Below, in pieces: positions 48,076 to 58,279 of a stretch of 64,000 nucleotides of DNA. Source of the DNA: Arenicellales bacterium (GTDB taxonomy: Bacteria; Pseudomonadota; Gammaproteobacteria; Arenicellales; JAHEKD01); the NCBI GenBank assembly GCA_965204695.1, contig OZ242007.1:387859-451858 (forward strand), given 5' to 3'. Within the stretch, counting starts at the first letter, position 1, and each line of letters opens with the position of its first letter. Under the pieces are notes generated by a model. That model was not told the DNA's origin. It was given only the letters and a program-made list of their open reading frames with translations, and did no database searches. Made by a program: the position numbers and the translations under genes.

Positions 48076-49542
48076 ATGAGTCGACATTCGCTTTTTCATT
48101 TAGATGCAAACGCCAAGGGCAGTTTGCAGAGCCAAATTCGCGAGCTGTTAGTTCAGGCGATTTTGGATGGCCACTTGCCTGGGGACAGTGCATTACCATC
48201 ATGCCGAACATTGGCTAAACAGCTAGGTGTTGGTCGTAATACTGTGGTGATTGCCTATCAAAACCTCGTCGATGAAGGTTTCCTAATATCCAAGGAACGC
48301 AGCGGACATTATGTCAATACCGAAATCCGCAGCACTTCGCTAGCGAAAAGAAAACAGACAAATAATGTCGAGCAAGCTGGCTGGTTAGACAAAATAAAAT
48401 CCAGTCCGTCCAGACTGCCCCATATTTACAAACCTAAAAATTGGCGTGAATCACCCTATCCATTTATTTATGGGCAATTCGATCCAACTTTGTTTCCCAT
48501 CGCCGATTGGCGCGAGTGTGTGCGTGAGTCAGTCGCTATTTCAGCTATTCATGATTGGGCTGGCGATCGATTTGATCGTGATGATGAAGAACTGACACAT
48601 CAGATTAGAACACGTTTATTACCACGACGAGGAATATGGGCAAATGATGACGAAATCTTGATCACCAGTGGTACTCAACAGGCCCAATACATTATCTCAC
48701 AGTTACTGGTTAACAAAAAAACCACTGTGGGAATGGAAGAGCCTGGCTATTTTGATGCCAGAAATGTTTTAGGATTAAAAAAACCAAAATTCATTCCATT
48801 AGCAGTTGATAAACGTGGTATCAAAATCTCAGAGGAACTGCAGCGGTGTGATTTAATTTATACTACTCCAAGCCATCATTATCCAACCACAGTAACTATG
48901 CCGATAACGCGTCGTCAACGGCTTCTTAAAACTGCGCGAGATAGTAACTTTATTGTCATTGAAGATGATTATGAAACGGAAAATAATTTCTTTACCACCA
49001 AACCCATCCCAACATTAAAGAGCTTCGATAAACATAACCAAGTTTTGTATATGGGCAGCCTGTCCAAAACATTAGCACCTGGACTCAGACTGGGATACTT
49101 AGTTGGGCCCAGTGAATTTATTCAAGAAGCACGGGCGTTAAGACGTCTAATCATGCGCCATATGCCAGCCAACAACCAACAAATAATCGCCTTATTTATT
49201 AAGCGTGGTCATTACGATTCATTGGTTCACCGTATGCATAATGAGTTTAAAGACAGGTGGGAAATCATGAACGCTGCGCTCGAACAACACCTGGGTAGTT
49301 CAGTGGACTATTTTAGCTCTGGAGGTACATCATTCTGGATCAAAGGCCCTGACTGGCTAAATGCAGACAGATTACAAACAGCTGCCGCAAAACAAGGTGT
49401 ATTAATTGAAAGCGGTTCGGTATTCTTTTTGCAAAAACCTAAAATTAACAACTATTTTCGACTAGGATTCTCATCTATTCCTCAACAAAAAATTGAACCC
49501 GGTATAAAATTGCTGGCCGAGATTATTCAGCATATGCATTAA
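48076..49542 (+). CDS. MocR-subfamily GntR regulator (wHTH + PLP aminotransferase-fold domain)
   Basis: 488 aa. LPSCRTLAKQLGVGRNTVVIAYQNLVDEGFL. PLP-lysine context GSLSKTLAPGLRLGY. Confidence 0.85.
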   Translation: MSRHSLFHLDANAKGSLQSQIRELLVQAILDGHLPGDSALPSCRTLAKQLGVGRNTVVIAYQNLVDEGFLISKERSGHYVNTEIRSTSLAKRKQTNNVEQAGWLDKIKSSPSRLPHIYKPKNWRESPYPFIYGQFDPTLFPIADWRECVRESVAISAIHDWAGDRFDRDDEELTHQIRTRLLPRRGIWANDDEILITSGTQQAQYIISQLLVNKKTTVGMEEPGYFDARNVLGLKKPKFIPLAVDKRGIKISEELQRCDLIYTTPSHHYPTTVTMPITRRQRLLKTARDSNFIVIEDDYETENNFFTTKPIPTLKSFDKHNQVLYMGSLSKTLAPGLRLGYLVGPSEFIQEARALRRLIMRHMPANNQQIIALFIKRGHYDSLVHRMHNEFKDRWEIMNAALEQHLGSSVDYFSSGGTSFWIKGPDWLNADRLQTAAAKQGVLIESGSVFFLQKPKINNYFRLGFSSIPQQKIEPGIKLLAEIIQHMH

Positions 49543-49664
49543 TTTTACTGCGTTATACGATATATAGTTGGTCGTGCATCCATTCATTTGACAAAATAGC
49601 TTCGAAATTAAGACTAACCCGGTTACATTTTAAACAGCCATCTTAGCGAATCATCACCTCAGAT

Positions 49665-49707
49665 GTCATTGCGAGTGAGCGAATTTAATGAGTGATCGTG
49701 GCAATCC
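49665..49707. repeat. Intergenic hairpin repeat, GTCATTGCGAG..GCAATC type
   Basis: GTCATTGCGAGTGAGCGAATTTAATGAGTGATCGTGGCAATCC. Confidence 0.55.
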
Positions 49708-50296
49708 ATTGGCATCCCTTACGGCTCAGCAATGTCAGCCTTTGAATATCTAATGCACAAAGCATGCTAAGCACAGATTAACTGAAACCCTTATTCTGTG
49801 AGGCTCAAACAATACAGATTAGAACATCTGTAGATCATTATGTCATTTAACGATGTCGAGACCGGGTAAATAAGTGCATCATAAAACCCGGTTAAGCGTA
49901 CTGTCTGGAATAGATACTAGGAAATCCTCCGATTACCGTTATAACCGCTTTGAGATTTTTCGTTTAATCACGATTGGATCTGACAGGCCACGGGCCTCTG
50001 CCTCTATCAGACTTACTTCAGCGTACTTTCTGAAATTATGCTGAAGTAATTAGAAAAGCTAGATATCGCTCAAAGAAGAAAAGAGCTGGAAGGATAATAA
50101 ATTTAAACAAGCCCGTATCAACATACTGCTTGAAAGAGGTCATTGGAATCTGAAAGAATGGAAGAATTAGAAAGGTCACTGGCCCTAGTCACGACACACC
50201 ACTGTCCAATTAATCTGTATTAAAATCACTGCGTTTTAGCAGATGCCTTGTCACAAGGCCTGTATTATTATGCGTTTAATTTAAGGAGCGTAAATT

Positions 50297-51415
50297 ATGT
50301 TGGTAGGAGTACCTAAAGAAATCAAAAATCATGAGTATCGCGTTGGATTAACCCCAACTAGCGTTAGGGAAATGATTGCACACGGTCACAAAGTTATCGT
50401 GCAAGCTAATGCTGGTGAAGGTATTGGTGCTGATGATGAAGAGTATCAAGCTGCTGGTGCAGAAATTATTTCCACGGCCAAAGAAGTATTCGACAATGCT
50501 GATATGATTGTCAAAGTTAAAGAGCCTCAAGCGATAGAATGTGACATGCTGAGGCCAGATCAAATTCTATATACTTATTTACATCTTGCCCCAGATCCTG
50601 AACAAACTAAAGGTCTTGTCGATAGCGGATGTATCGCAATTGCTTATGAGACAGTAACCTCACCATACGGTGGATTACCTCTATTGGCACCTATGTCTAA
50701 AGTGGCTGGACGTATGTCTATTCAAGCTGGGGCTTATTGCCTTGAGCACCCCCATGGTGGCTTAGGAATGTTATTGGGCGGTGTGCCAGGGGTTGATCCT
50801 GCTAAGGTAGTGATTCTGGGTGCCGGCATGGTAGGCACACACGCTACTCACATTGCCGTTGGCATGGGCGCTGATGTTTGGGTTATTGACAGAAATGTTG
50901 ATGTGCTTGAAGCACACTGGAAGCATTTTGGCCGTAATACCAATACTGTCTATTCGACTCAAGACGCAGTTGAAAAACATGTTCTTGAAGCCGATCTTGT
51001 AATCGGTGGTGTATTGATTCCTGGTGCTGCAGCACCAAAATTAGTTACTGCGGATATGGTCAAAAAAATGAAACCAGGTTCAGTGATCGTTGACGTTGCA
51101 ATCGACCAAGGTGGATGTTGCGAAACGGCTAAACCAACTACTCATGCCGAGCCAACTTATGTTGTCGATGATGTAGTTCATTATTGTGTGGCCAATATGC
51201 CGGGTGGAGTACCCCGCACTTCAACCTACGCTCTGAATAATGCAACTCTGCCTCATGCGTTAGCGCTAGCCGATAAGGGCTACAAGCAGGCACTTGGTGA
51301 TGACCTGCATTTAAGAAACGGCTTAAATGTTCACAAAGGCAAAATTACTTACAAGGAAGTAGCCGATACACTCGGCTATGATTATCAACCCGCTGAAGAT
51401 GCTCTAGCAGCCTAA
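50297..51415 (+). CDS. ald: Alanine dehydrogenase
   Basis: 372 aa. MLVGVPKEIKNHEYRVGLTP, NAD fold VVILGAGMVGTHA, VDVAIDQGGC. Confidence 0.9.
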   Translation: MLVGVPKEIKNHEYRVGLTPTSVREMIAHGHKVIVQANAGEGIGADDEEYQAAGAEIISTAKEVFDNADMIVKVKEPQAIECDMLRPDQILYTYLHLAPDPEQTKGLVDSGCIAIAYETVTSPYGGLPLLAPMSKVAGRMSIQAGAYCLEHPHGGLGMLLGGVPGVDPAKVVILGAGMVGTHATHIAVGMGADVWVIDRNVDVLEAHWKHFGRNTNTVYSTQDAVEKHVLEADLVIGGVLIPGAAAPKLVTADMVKKMKPGSVIVDVAIDQGGCCETAKPTTHAEPTYVVDDVVHYCVANMPGGVPRTSTYALNNATLPHALALADKGYKQALGDDLHLRNGLNVHKGKITYKEVADTLGYDYQPAEDALAA

Positions 51416-51443
51416 TCAGATAAATTTTTAGAGGACTTCAAAT

Positions 51444-53213
51444 ATGAAAATGACTCCAAGTGAAGCATTTGTCGAAACCTTGGTTGCCAATGGTGTAACT
51501 GATATTTTTGGCATTATGGGTTCCGCCTTTATGGACGCGATGGATATATTCGCTCCAGCAGGAATCAGGCTAATTCCGGTAGTTCATGAACAGGGCGCCG
51601 CCCATATGGCTGATGGATATTCTAGAGCTAGTGGACGCCACGGCGTAGTGATCGGCCAAAATGGACCTGGTATTTCCAACTGTGTGACTGCTGTTGCAGC
51701 CGCTTACTGGGCACATTCTCCTGTGGTTATGATTACACCTGAAACTGGCACAATGACTCAAGGCTTAGGCGGATTCCAGGAAGCCAATCAATTACCTATG
51801 TTCCAGGAATTTGTTAAATATCAAGGCCATGTAACTCATCCTAAACGTATGGCTGAATACACAGCCCGTTGTTTTGATCGCGCCATGAGTGAAATTGGTC
51901 CCACTCAATTAAATATTCCCAGAGATTATTTTTACGGTGAAGTTGACGTAGACATACCACAACCCCAACGACTTGATCGAGGGCCTGGTGGTGAGCAAAG
52001 CCTGTCTGAAGCTGCAGAATTATTGGCTCAAGCTAAGTTTCCTGTCATCGTTTCTGGCGGTGGTGTTGTTATGGCTGATGGTGTTCAAGAATGTATCGCC
52101 CTGGCGGAACGTCTTGGCGCTCCGGTTGTCAACTCTTATCAACATAACGATTCATTCCCTGCCAGCCATCCACTTTGGTGCGGCCCTCTGGGCTATCAAG
52201 GCTCAAAAGCAGGCATGAAATTAATCAGTAAAGCTGATGTTGTGGTTGCACTGGGTTCCCGCTTAGGCCCCTTCGGGACTCTTCCGCAACATGGCATGGA
52301 TTATTGGCCTAAAGACGCCAAAATTATTCAGATTGATGCCGATCATAAAATGCTAGGTCTGGTTAAAAAGATTTCAGTAGGTATTTGTGGCGATGCCAAA
52401 GCTGCTGCAACCTCATTAACTTCTCGATTGGAAAGCCGTGAATTAGCATGTGATGCAAGCAAAGATGAACGTGCTAAAGAAATTGCTGCTGAAAAAGCCA
52501 CTTGGGAAGCAGAACTTAATGAGTGGATTCACGAAAAAGACCAATATTCTCTGGACATGATCGAAGAGCAGTCTGGTGAAGAAGGAAACTGGTTACATCC
52601 TCGCCAGGTGCTGCGCGAATTAGAAAACGCAATGCCTAAAGACGTAATGGTTTCAACTGACATTGGTAATATCAACTCAGTTGCTCACAGCTATTTACGT
52701 TTCGAGCGTCCACGCAGTTTTTTTGCACCTATGAGTTTTGGAAACTGTGGTTATGCTTTACCAACAATGATCGGTGCTAAAGCTGCTGCGCCAGAGCGTC
52801 CAGGTATTGCTTATTCTGGAGACGGTGCCTGGGCCATGAGCATGGTGGAAGTCTTAACAGCTGTACGTCATGATATTCCAACAACTGCTGTTGTTTTTCA
52901 TAATCGCCAATGGGGCGCTGAAAAGAAAAATCAGGTTGAATTCTATGGACGTCGATTCGTTGCTGGTGAACTGAACGATAAAGGCAATGAAAGTTTTGCT
53001 GAAATGGCACGCTCCATGGGTGCGGAAGGCGTAACCATTGATCAACTCGATGATGTTGGCGCAGCCTTGAATAAAGCTGTCGATGCACAAATGAATGATG
53101 GTAAAACTACTGTCATTGAAGTTATGTGTACTCGTGAGCTTGGCGATCCTTTCCGCCGCGATGCTTTATCAAAACCTGTTCGTTATTTGGATAAATATAA
53201 AGACTACGTTTAA
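51444..53213 (+). CDS. xsc: Sulfoacetaldehyde acetyltransferase (ThDP enzyme), copy 1
   Basis: 589 aa. N-terminus MKMTPSEAFVETL.., Xsc-typical length, ThDP motif SGDGAWAMSMVEVLTAVRHDIPTTAVVFHNRQWGAEKKNQ. pta nearby. Confidence 0.8.
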   Translation: MKMTPSEAFVETLVANGVTDIFGIMGSAFMDAMDIFAPAGIRLIPVVHEQGAAHMADGYSRASGRHGVVIGQNGPGISNCVTAVAAAYWAHSPVVMITPETGTMTQGLGGFQEANQLPMFQEFVKYQGHVTHPKRMAEYTARCFDRAMSEIGPTQLNIPRDYFYGEVDVDIPQPQRLDRGPGGEQSLSEAAELLAQAKFPVIVSGGGVVMADGVQECIALAERLGAPVVNSYQHNDSFPASHPLWCGPLGYQGSKAGMKLISKADVVVALGSRLGPFGTLPQHGMDYWPKDAKIIQIDADHKMLGLVKKISVGICGDAKAAATSLTSRLESRELACDASKDERAKEIAAEKATWEAELNEWIHEKDQYSLDMIEEQSGEEGNWLHPRQVLRELENAMPKDVMVSTDIGNINSVAHSYLRFERPRSFFAPMSFGNCGYALPTMIGAKAAAPERPGIAYSGDGAWAMSMVEVLTAVRHDIPTTAVVFHNRQWGAEKKNQVEFYGRRFVAGELNDKGNESFAEMARSMGAEGVTIDQLDDVGAALNKAVDAQMNDGKTTVIEVMCTRELGDPFRRDALSKPVRYLDKYKDYV

Positions 53214-53226
53214 TATTAGTTATATA

Positions 53227-53254
53227 CAAAAAACGGGGCAGTAAACTGCCCCGT
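53227..53254 (-). terminator. Rho-independent terminator (good T-tract on the minus strand; also closes xsc on the plus strand)
   Basis: AAAAAA-CGGGGCAG-TAAA-CTGCCCCG. Confidence 0.75.
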
Positions 53255-53303
53255 TCTACGTTTACTACTTATTTTGCTATCTCACCCCTGCCTAAGTCTT
53301 ACC

Positions 53304-53891
53304 TTAACCCTTTAATGTATTGGTGAGTTTTGTCGCTGCCTCCAAGATATCATCATAATCATTATCTCTAATGCCCAATGGAGCAAGAGAAGCGAAATTA
53401 AAACTCATACTCACTAACGCAACGGCAACTCGTTCTAAATCTTGCTTCGAGGCTTTGGGTTTATATTCAGCCAGCCTGTTAGCAACCCATTTCACAAACC
53501 GCAAATACCAATTACTAAGCTCTTTTTGTACCTTAGGATATCGCGAAGCAATTGAATATAAATTTACTATAACTATGATTCGTTCGGGGGTTGTTAATCG
53601 AGTTTGCATAAAAATAACAACCAGTAAATCCTCTGGACTTTTTCCCATTTTATTGAGCAATTTATCGGCGGTGCTCATCATTTGCTGATATTCTTCGGAA
53701 ATTGATTTTGTTAAGGCATAAATCAATTGATCCCGATTACCGACAAAATGTCTTAATGCGGGCCTTTGGATTCCAGATTCGTCTGCGATTTTTTCGAGTT
53801 GAGCACCACTAATGCCATTGCGCGCTATACAGCGCTCGAAAGCACTAATTATTTCCTTTGCCCTTTGTTCTTTAATACTTAGCCGTGGCAT
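53304..53891 (-). CDS. TetR-family transcriptional regulator
   Basis: 195 aa. N-terminal HTH ISGAQLEKIADESGIQRPALRHFVGNRDQL. Confidence 0.85.
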   Translation of the reverse strand: MPRLSIKEQRAKEIISAFERCIARNGISGAQLEKIADESGIQRPALRHFVGNRDQLIYALTKSISEEYQQMMSTADKLLNKMGKSPEDLLVVIFMQTRLTTPERIIVIVNLYSIASRYPKVQKELSNWYLRFVKWVANRLAEYKPKASKQDLERVAVALVSMSFNFASLAPLGIRDNDYDDILEAATKLTNTLKG

Positions 53892-54055
53892 TTCTATACC
53901 TAAAAATATTTAATAGTTTTTCAAACCCTAGCCTTGATTCTAAAGATTACTAAATTTCGTCACTAATAAGGATTAAATATTTTTAAGATAAGTTTTCGTT
54001 GCAATATTAACTATAATCACACATATAGTTAAATTTGTTATTAAATTTCAATGGG

Positions 54056-54973
54056 TTAACTATTGCTCAGAATGGCCGATATAGCAATTGAGGCTAATCT
54101 CGCCTCAGGTGGATCGGCCCGGCTAGTTAAAACAACCGGCACTTTTGCCCCCATTACAATGCCAGCTGCACAAGCACTCTTAAAATAAACTAGAGTTTTA
54201 AACAGTACATTTCCCGTTTCAATCTGAGGCACAACCAGAATATCGGCTAATCCTGCAACCGGGTCAGTTAAACCCTTAAGTTTTGCCGCGCTCTCAGAAA
54301 TTGCAACATCAAAAGCCAATGGTCCGCAAATTTCTAAATCAGATAAACTTTCTTTTGCCCAGACAGTCATATCACTCGCTAATTGAGTGCTGGGTACCGC
54401 TTCATTTACTGTTTCAGAAGCTGATAATAATGCGACCTTTGGTTTTTCAAATCCTAGTTTATGAGCTAATTCAACCGCATTGGCAATAACTGATTTCAAT
54501 GCCTTCTCATTGGGCGCAACGTGAATTGCCGCATCAGTAACTAACAAGGGCCTATCAGAGCCTGGAACAGTCATGTGAAACACATGGGTCATAAATCCAT
54601 CGCCGCGAACACCTTTTTCCTTGTCAATTAAACCACGAAGAAAATCATCAGTATGGATATGCCCTTTCATAATGAAATCAGCCTCACCTTGATTAACCAT
54701 AGCCGTGGCTAATTCAACAGCCTGATGATCATCATTTGCTTTGAGCAGTTTCATATTGCTAATATCCAACTCGATTGCAGCCGCCTTTTTTTGAATTTCG
54801 CTGTTATCACCAATTAAAATAGGATCAATTAAGTCTTCTTCGATTGCCTGAGCAACACTTTCTAGAACAGGCGTCGACTGTGCATTAACAACAGCCACGG
54901 TTGATCTTGGCATATTTTTAGTTTTGTCCAGCAAATACTGCGGGCACTCAAAAGGTGTTTCGGATAACCACAT
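54056..54973 (-). CDS. pta: Phosphate acetyltransferase (short PTA_PTB type)
   Basis: 305 aa. FIMKGHIHTDD, LLVTDAAIHVAP, VVPQIETGNVLFK. The classic partner of xsc. Confidence 0.8.
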   Translation of the reverse strand: MWLSETPFECPQYLLDKTKNMPRSTVAVVNAQSTPVLESVAQAIEEDLIDPILIGDNSEIQKKAAAIELDISNMKLLKANDDHQAVELATAMVNQGEADFIMKGHIHTDDFLRGLIDKEKGVRGDGFMTHVFHMTVPGSDRPLLVTDAAIHVAPNEKALKSVIANAVELAHKLGFEKPKVALLSASETVNEAVPSTQLASDMTVWAKESLSDLEICGPLAFDVAISESAAKLKGLTDPVAGLADILVVPQIETGNVLFKTLVYFKSACAAGIVMGAKVPVVLTSRADPPEARLASIAISAILSNS

Positions 54974-55050
54974 AGTTAGATTTCACAAATAAAGTTAAAG
55001 TTAAAAAATAATTATCATCTTAGATTCATGATTATGACTAATATCAGCAC

Positions 55051-55827
55051 TCAGAACGTTAGACTTATGTCGGCAGCAGAACGCCGCAACACAGGTAAAT
55101 ACTGACGCAATTCATCAATTGATTTACGCAAAGTCGATGCGTGAATAGCAATCGTGAATACAATTTCGTTTTGCTGATTTATTACCGGTACAGCAATAGC
55201 AACCATTCCTGGTATGAACTCTTCCTTATCGGTTCCAACACCGGTTTTTTTTATATCATCCAGCTCCTGATTAAGATGACTGATGTCAGTTATTGTCTGC
55301 GCTGTGTGGCGCTCAAGGTTTAGGCTGTCAATCAAAAGTTTACGCTTGCGGCCTGGCATGTTTGCTAAAAACAATTTTCCGCTAGCGGTGCAATGCAATG
55401 GTACTCTTGACCCCAATGGGAGCTGCACTTTTATAGGCCAATCTGTTTCCACACGGTCAAAATAAATCAGGTCCTTACCATCAAGAAAAGTCATATTACA
55501 AGTTTCATCTACTTCCTCTGATAACTTTTGCAAGATAGCTCTTTGTGGGGCATTGGTAATACGCTGCGATAAAATGTTCATTGCCAGCTGTTGCAATTTA
55601 TCCCCGGGAATTTGGCCCTTACTATAGGGATCTCTTTTTAGTAATCCCGCTTCGTTTAATTGGCTAACTAATCTATAGACTGTGGGTTTGGGAAGATTCA
55701 ATTCATCAGCCAATTCGGCAGATGTTAACCGATGCGACGATTCTGAAACACGGGCTAATATCGCCAATGACCTGGATAATACTGATTTTTTTTCTGTACT
55801 CATTATAGGCAACTGATAATTGAGCAC
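55051..55827 (-). CDS. IclR-family transcriptional regulator (candidate isethionate regulator)
   Basis: 258 aa. HTH LTSAELADELNLPKPTVYRLVSQLNEAGLL. Start may be MSTEKK at 55803. Confidence 0.8.
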   Translation of the reverse strand: MLNYQLPIMSTEKKSVLSRSLAILARVSESSHRLTSAELADELNLPKPTVYRLVSQLNEAGLLKRDPYSKGQIPGDKLQQLAMNILSQRITNAPQRAILQKLSEEVDETCNMTFLDGKDLIYFDRVETDWPIKVQLPLGSRVPLHCTASGKLFLANMPGRKRKLLIDSLNLERHTAQTITDISHLNQELDDIKKTGVGTDKEEFIPGMVAIAVPVINQQNEIVFTIAIHASTLRKSIDELRQYLPVLRRSAADISLTF

Positions 55828-55875
55828 TACTATATGAATTTAACTTCATAACGTCAATTGCAAGCCGTAGCGACT

Positions 55876-57474
55876 TCAAATATTATTTTTAATCATATCT
55901 GCACCTTTTTCAGCGATCATAATCGTCGGGGCATTTGTATTTCCCGAAACTATCTCAGGCATGATTGAAGCATCAATCACTCTTAGGTTCTCAATACCGT
56001 AGATTTTAAGTTGAGGATCAACTACACAATCATCATCAACGCCCATTTTACAGGTACTGGTAGGATGATAAATAGTCTGGCTATGCAACCGTGCTGCCTC
56101 TAATAGTTCATCATCAGTCTGGAATTTCTCACCGGGAACAAACTCCTCATATATGACACTGGCCAGCGCAGGTGCTTGCGCAATTCTCCGGGCAATTTTT
56201 ATTGATTCAATCGCTACTTTACAGTCGAGTTCAGTGGAAAGGTAATTAGGATGAACTTTAGGGTGGGTTTTGCTGTCTGGACTGGTGGCCTCGAGATAAC
56301 CGCGACTTTCCGGCCTGAGCTGACACACTGAAGAAGTAAATGCAGAAAATTTGTGCGCACCATCACCCGGCTTATCGGCACTTAAAGGCTGCATATGGAA
56401 CTGAATGTCCGGCCTGGGTAAATTCGGGTCTGTTTTTGTGAACACAGCCACCTGGCTGGCTGCCAAACACAAAGGCCCTGTCCGGAATAACATATATTCA
56501 AGACCAATCAGAAGTTGATTAAAGTAACTGTTCACTTCATCATTTAGCGTTTTCTCATGAGTCTTGTGTACCAGCCTAATCTGCAAATGATCCTGCAGAT
56601 TCTGACCCACTGCAGGCGCGTGATGAACCACAGGAATTTCCAGTTTTTGCAACAAATCACCATCACCTATCCCGGAACACTGCAAAATATGAGGTGAACC
56701 GATTGCACCTGCAGATAATATCAACTCATTGTTGCATTGAGCTTGACGAAGCTGCCCGGCAACTTCGAACTCCACACCACTCACCCTGTTACCATTAAAC
56801 AATAATTTGTTAACGTGCGCTTTTGTATAAACCTCAAGATTTTCTCTTTGCATTGCCGGCTTTAAAAAGCCCTTGGCTGTACTCCAGCGAAACCCTTTAT
56901 GTGCAGTCTGTTGATAGTAACCTACCCCCTCCTGGGATTGCCCATTGTAATCCGTATTTCTAGGTATCCCAATCTGCTCTGCCGCTTGTATAAATTTATC
57001 AGCAATAGGACGGCGTACTCGTAGGTCTGAGACTTTTAAAGGTCCGCCAATGCCATGATAATCGTCTTCACCACGTTCCTGATCCTCTGACTTTTTGAAA
57101 TAAGGCAAAACATCATCATAGCCCCAACCGTAATTACCCAGTTCTTTCCACCGATCATAATCTTCAGCCTGTCCTCGGACATACAGTAAACCATTAAGTG
57201 AGCTGGTGCCGCCTAGTACCTTTCCTCGAGGCCATTGCAACTGTCGATTGGCAATTCCCGGATCTTTCTCAGTCACAAAACACCAATCGGTTTTGGGGTT
57301 GTGCATGGTTTTAAAGTAGCCTACTGGTATATGAATCCAGGGATTCCAGTCACGCCCGCCGGCCTCCAAGAGTAATACCCTATTATTAGTATCTTCAGTT
57401 AAACGGTTAGCTAGTACACAACCTGCTGAGCCTGCTCCTACTATGATGTAATCAAAGGATTCATTATCTTGCAT
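55876..57474 (-). CDS. GMC-family flavoprotein oxidoreductase (candidate isethionate dehydrogenase)
   Basis: 532 aa. FDYIIVGAGSAGCVLANRLTED, GGTSSLNG, HPTSTCKMG, NTNAPTIMIAEKGADMI. The substrate is inferred from context only. Confidence 0.8.
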   Translation of the reverse strand: MQDNESFDYIIVGAGSAGCVLANRLTEDTNNRVLLLEAGGRDWNPWIHIPVGYFKTMHNPKTDWCFVTEKDPGIANRQLQWPRGKVLGGTSSLNGLLYVRGQAEDYDRWKELGNYGWGYDDVLPYFKKSEDQERGEDDYHGIGGPLKVSDLRVRRPIADKFIQAAEQIGIPRNTDYNGQSQEGVGYYQQTAHKGFRWSTAKGFLKPAMQRENLEVYTKAHVNKLLFNGNRVSGVEFEVAGQLRQAQCNNELILSAGAIGSPHILQCSGIGDGDLLQKLEIPVVHHAPAVGQNLQDHLQIRLVHKTHEKTLNDEVNSYFNQLLIGLEYMLFRTGPLCLAASQVAVFTKTDPNLPRPDIQFHMQPLSADKPGDGAHKFSAFTSSVCQLRPESRGYLEATSPDSKTHPKVHPNYLSTELDCKVAIESIKIARRIAQAPALASVIYEEFVPGEKFQTDDELLEAARLHSQTIYHPTSTCKMGVDDDCVVDPQLKIYGIENLRVIDASIMPEIVSGNTNAPTIMIAEKGADMIKNNI

Positions 57475-57641
57475 ATCGTTAACTCCTGCTGTTCCATACT
57501 GATAATAATTAAGAAATTATCGAAATATGATAATAATATATTACATATTTGATTTTTTATCAATATATGTTGACTTTAATATCTTTTTTTGATAATTTTT
57601 GTATCGCTTTTTGATATTTAACTAACATCAAGGTGTAAATC

Positions 57642-58236
57642 ATGTCAGAGGACACAAATAACAACCTATCACGCAGAGACTTCATGCAGATATCCGGTCA
57701 ATTCGGACTAACATCCACACTAATGGCTGCTGGCGCACTAGGCGCTGGTGCAACTTTTTCCGAATTAGCACAAGCAGCTGAAACCACACAGGAGAAACGC
57801 TATGCAAATGAGCCGGAATTCGAACTAACATTTGGTGCATCGGGATTTAATGAAAGTAATCTGGATATCCAGAAATCCGGTCAATTATTTTTTGCAAATG
57901 ATCTGGAAGAGCGAACAGACGGTAAAATTCGCGTTGAGTTTGTAGGCAGCAATCTATTGTGTGGTCAATTAAACTGCATCAAAAAAACCCAACAAGGTAT
58001 TGTTGATATTTTTTCAGCTTCGACCCAAAACTCAGTTTTTAATCGGTGATGCCATTGGATTCATAACGCCACCCTATGGATTAAATTTATACGTTGCAAG
58101 CGGAATAACCGGAATACCCTATTTTAGGCTTATTAAACATGCTATGCCTTACCTACTTGCCTTAACCATCGTCTGGTTAGCTGTGGCTTTTTATGAGCCC
58201 TTCTCAACCTTCATGCTTAAGTTTAGTGGTGTATGA
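57642..58236 (+). pseudogene. TRAP transporter remnant: N-terminal third of a DctP-type binding protein joined to the C-terminal tail of a DctM-type permease
   Basis: ORF 57642..58049 has a Tat signal (SRRDFMQISG) and DctP-like GKIRVEFVGSNLLCGQLNCIKKTQQGIVDIFSAST, then stops at 135 aa. The overlapping ORF fragment encodes only FLIGDAIGFITPPYGLNLYVASGITGIPY..., a DctM C-terminus. Junction near 58030..58040. Confidence 0.7.
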
Positions 58237-58279
58237 GCAATTTACATATTAAACCAACCCATCTAAGGAAAAATTGACC

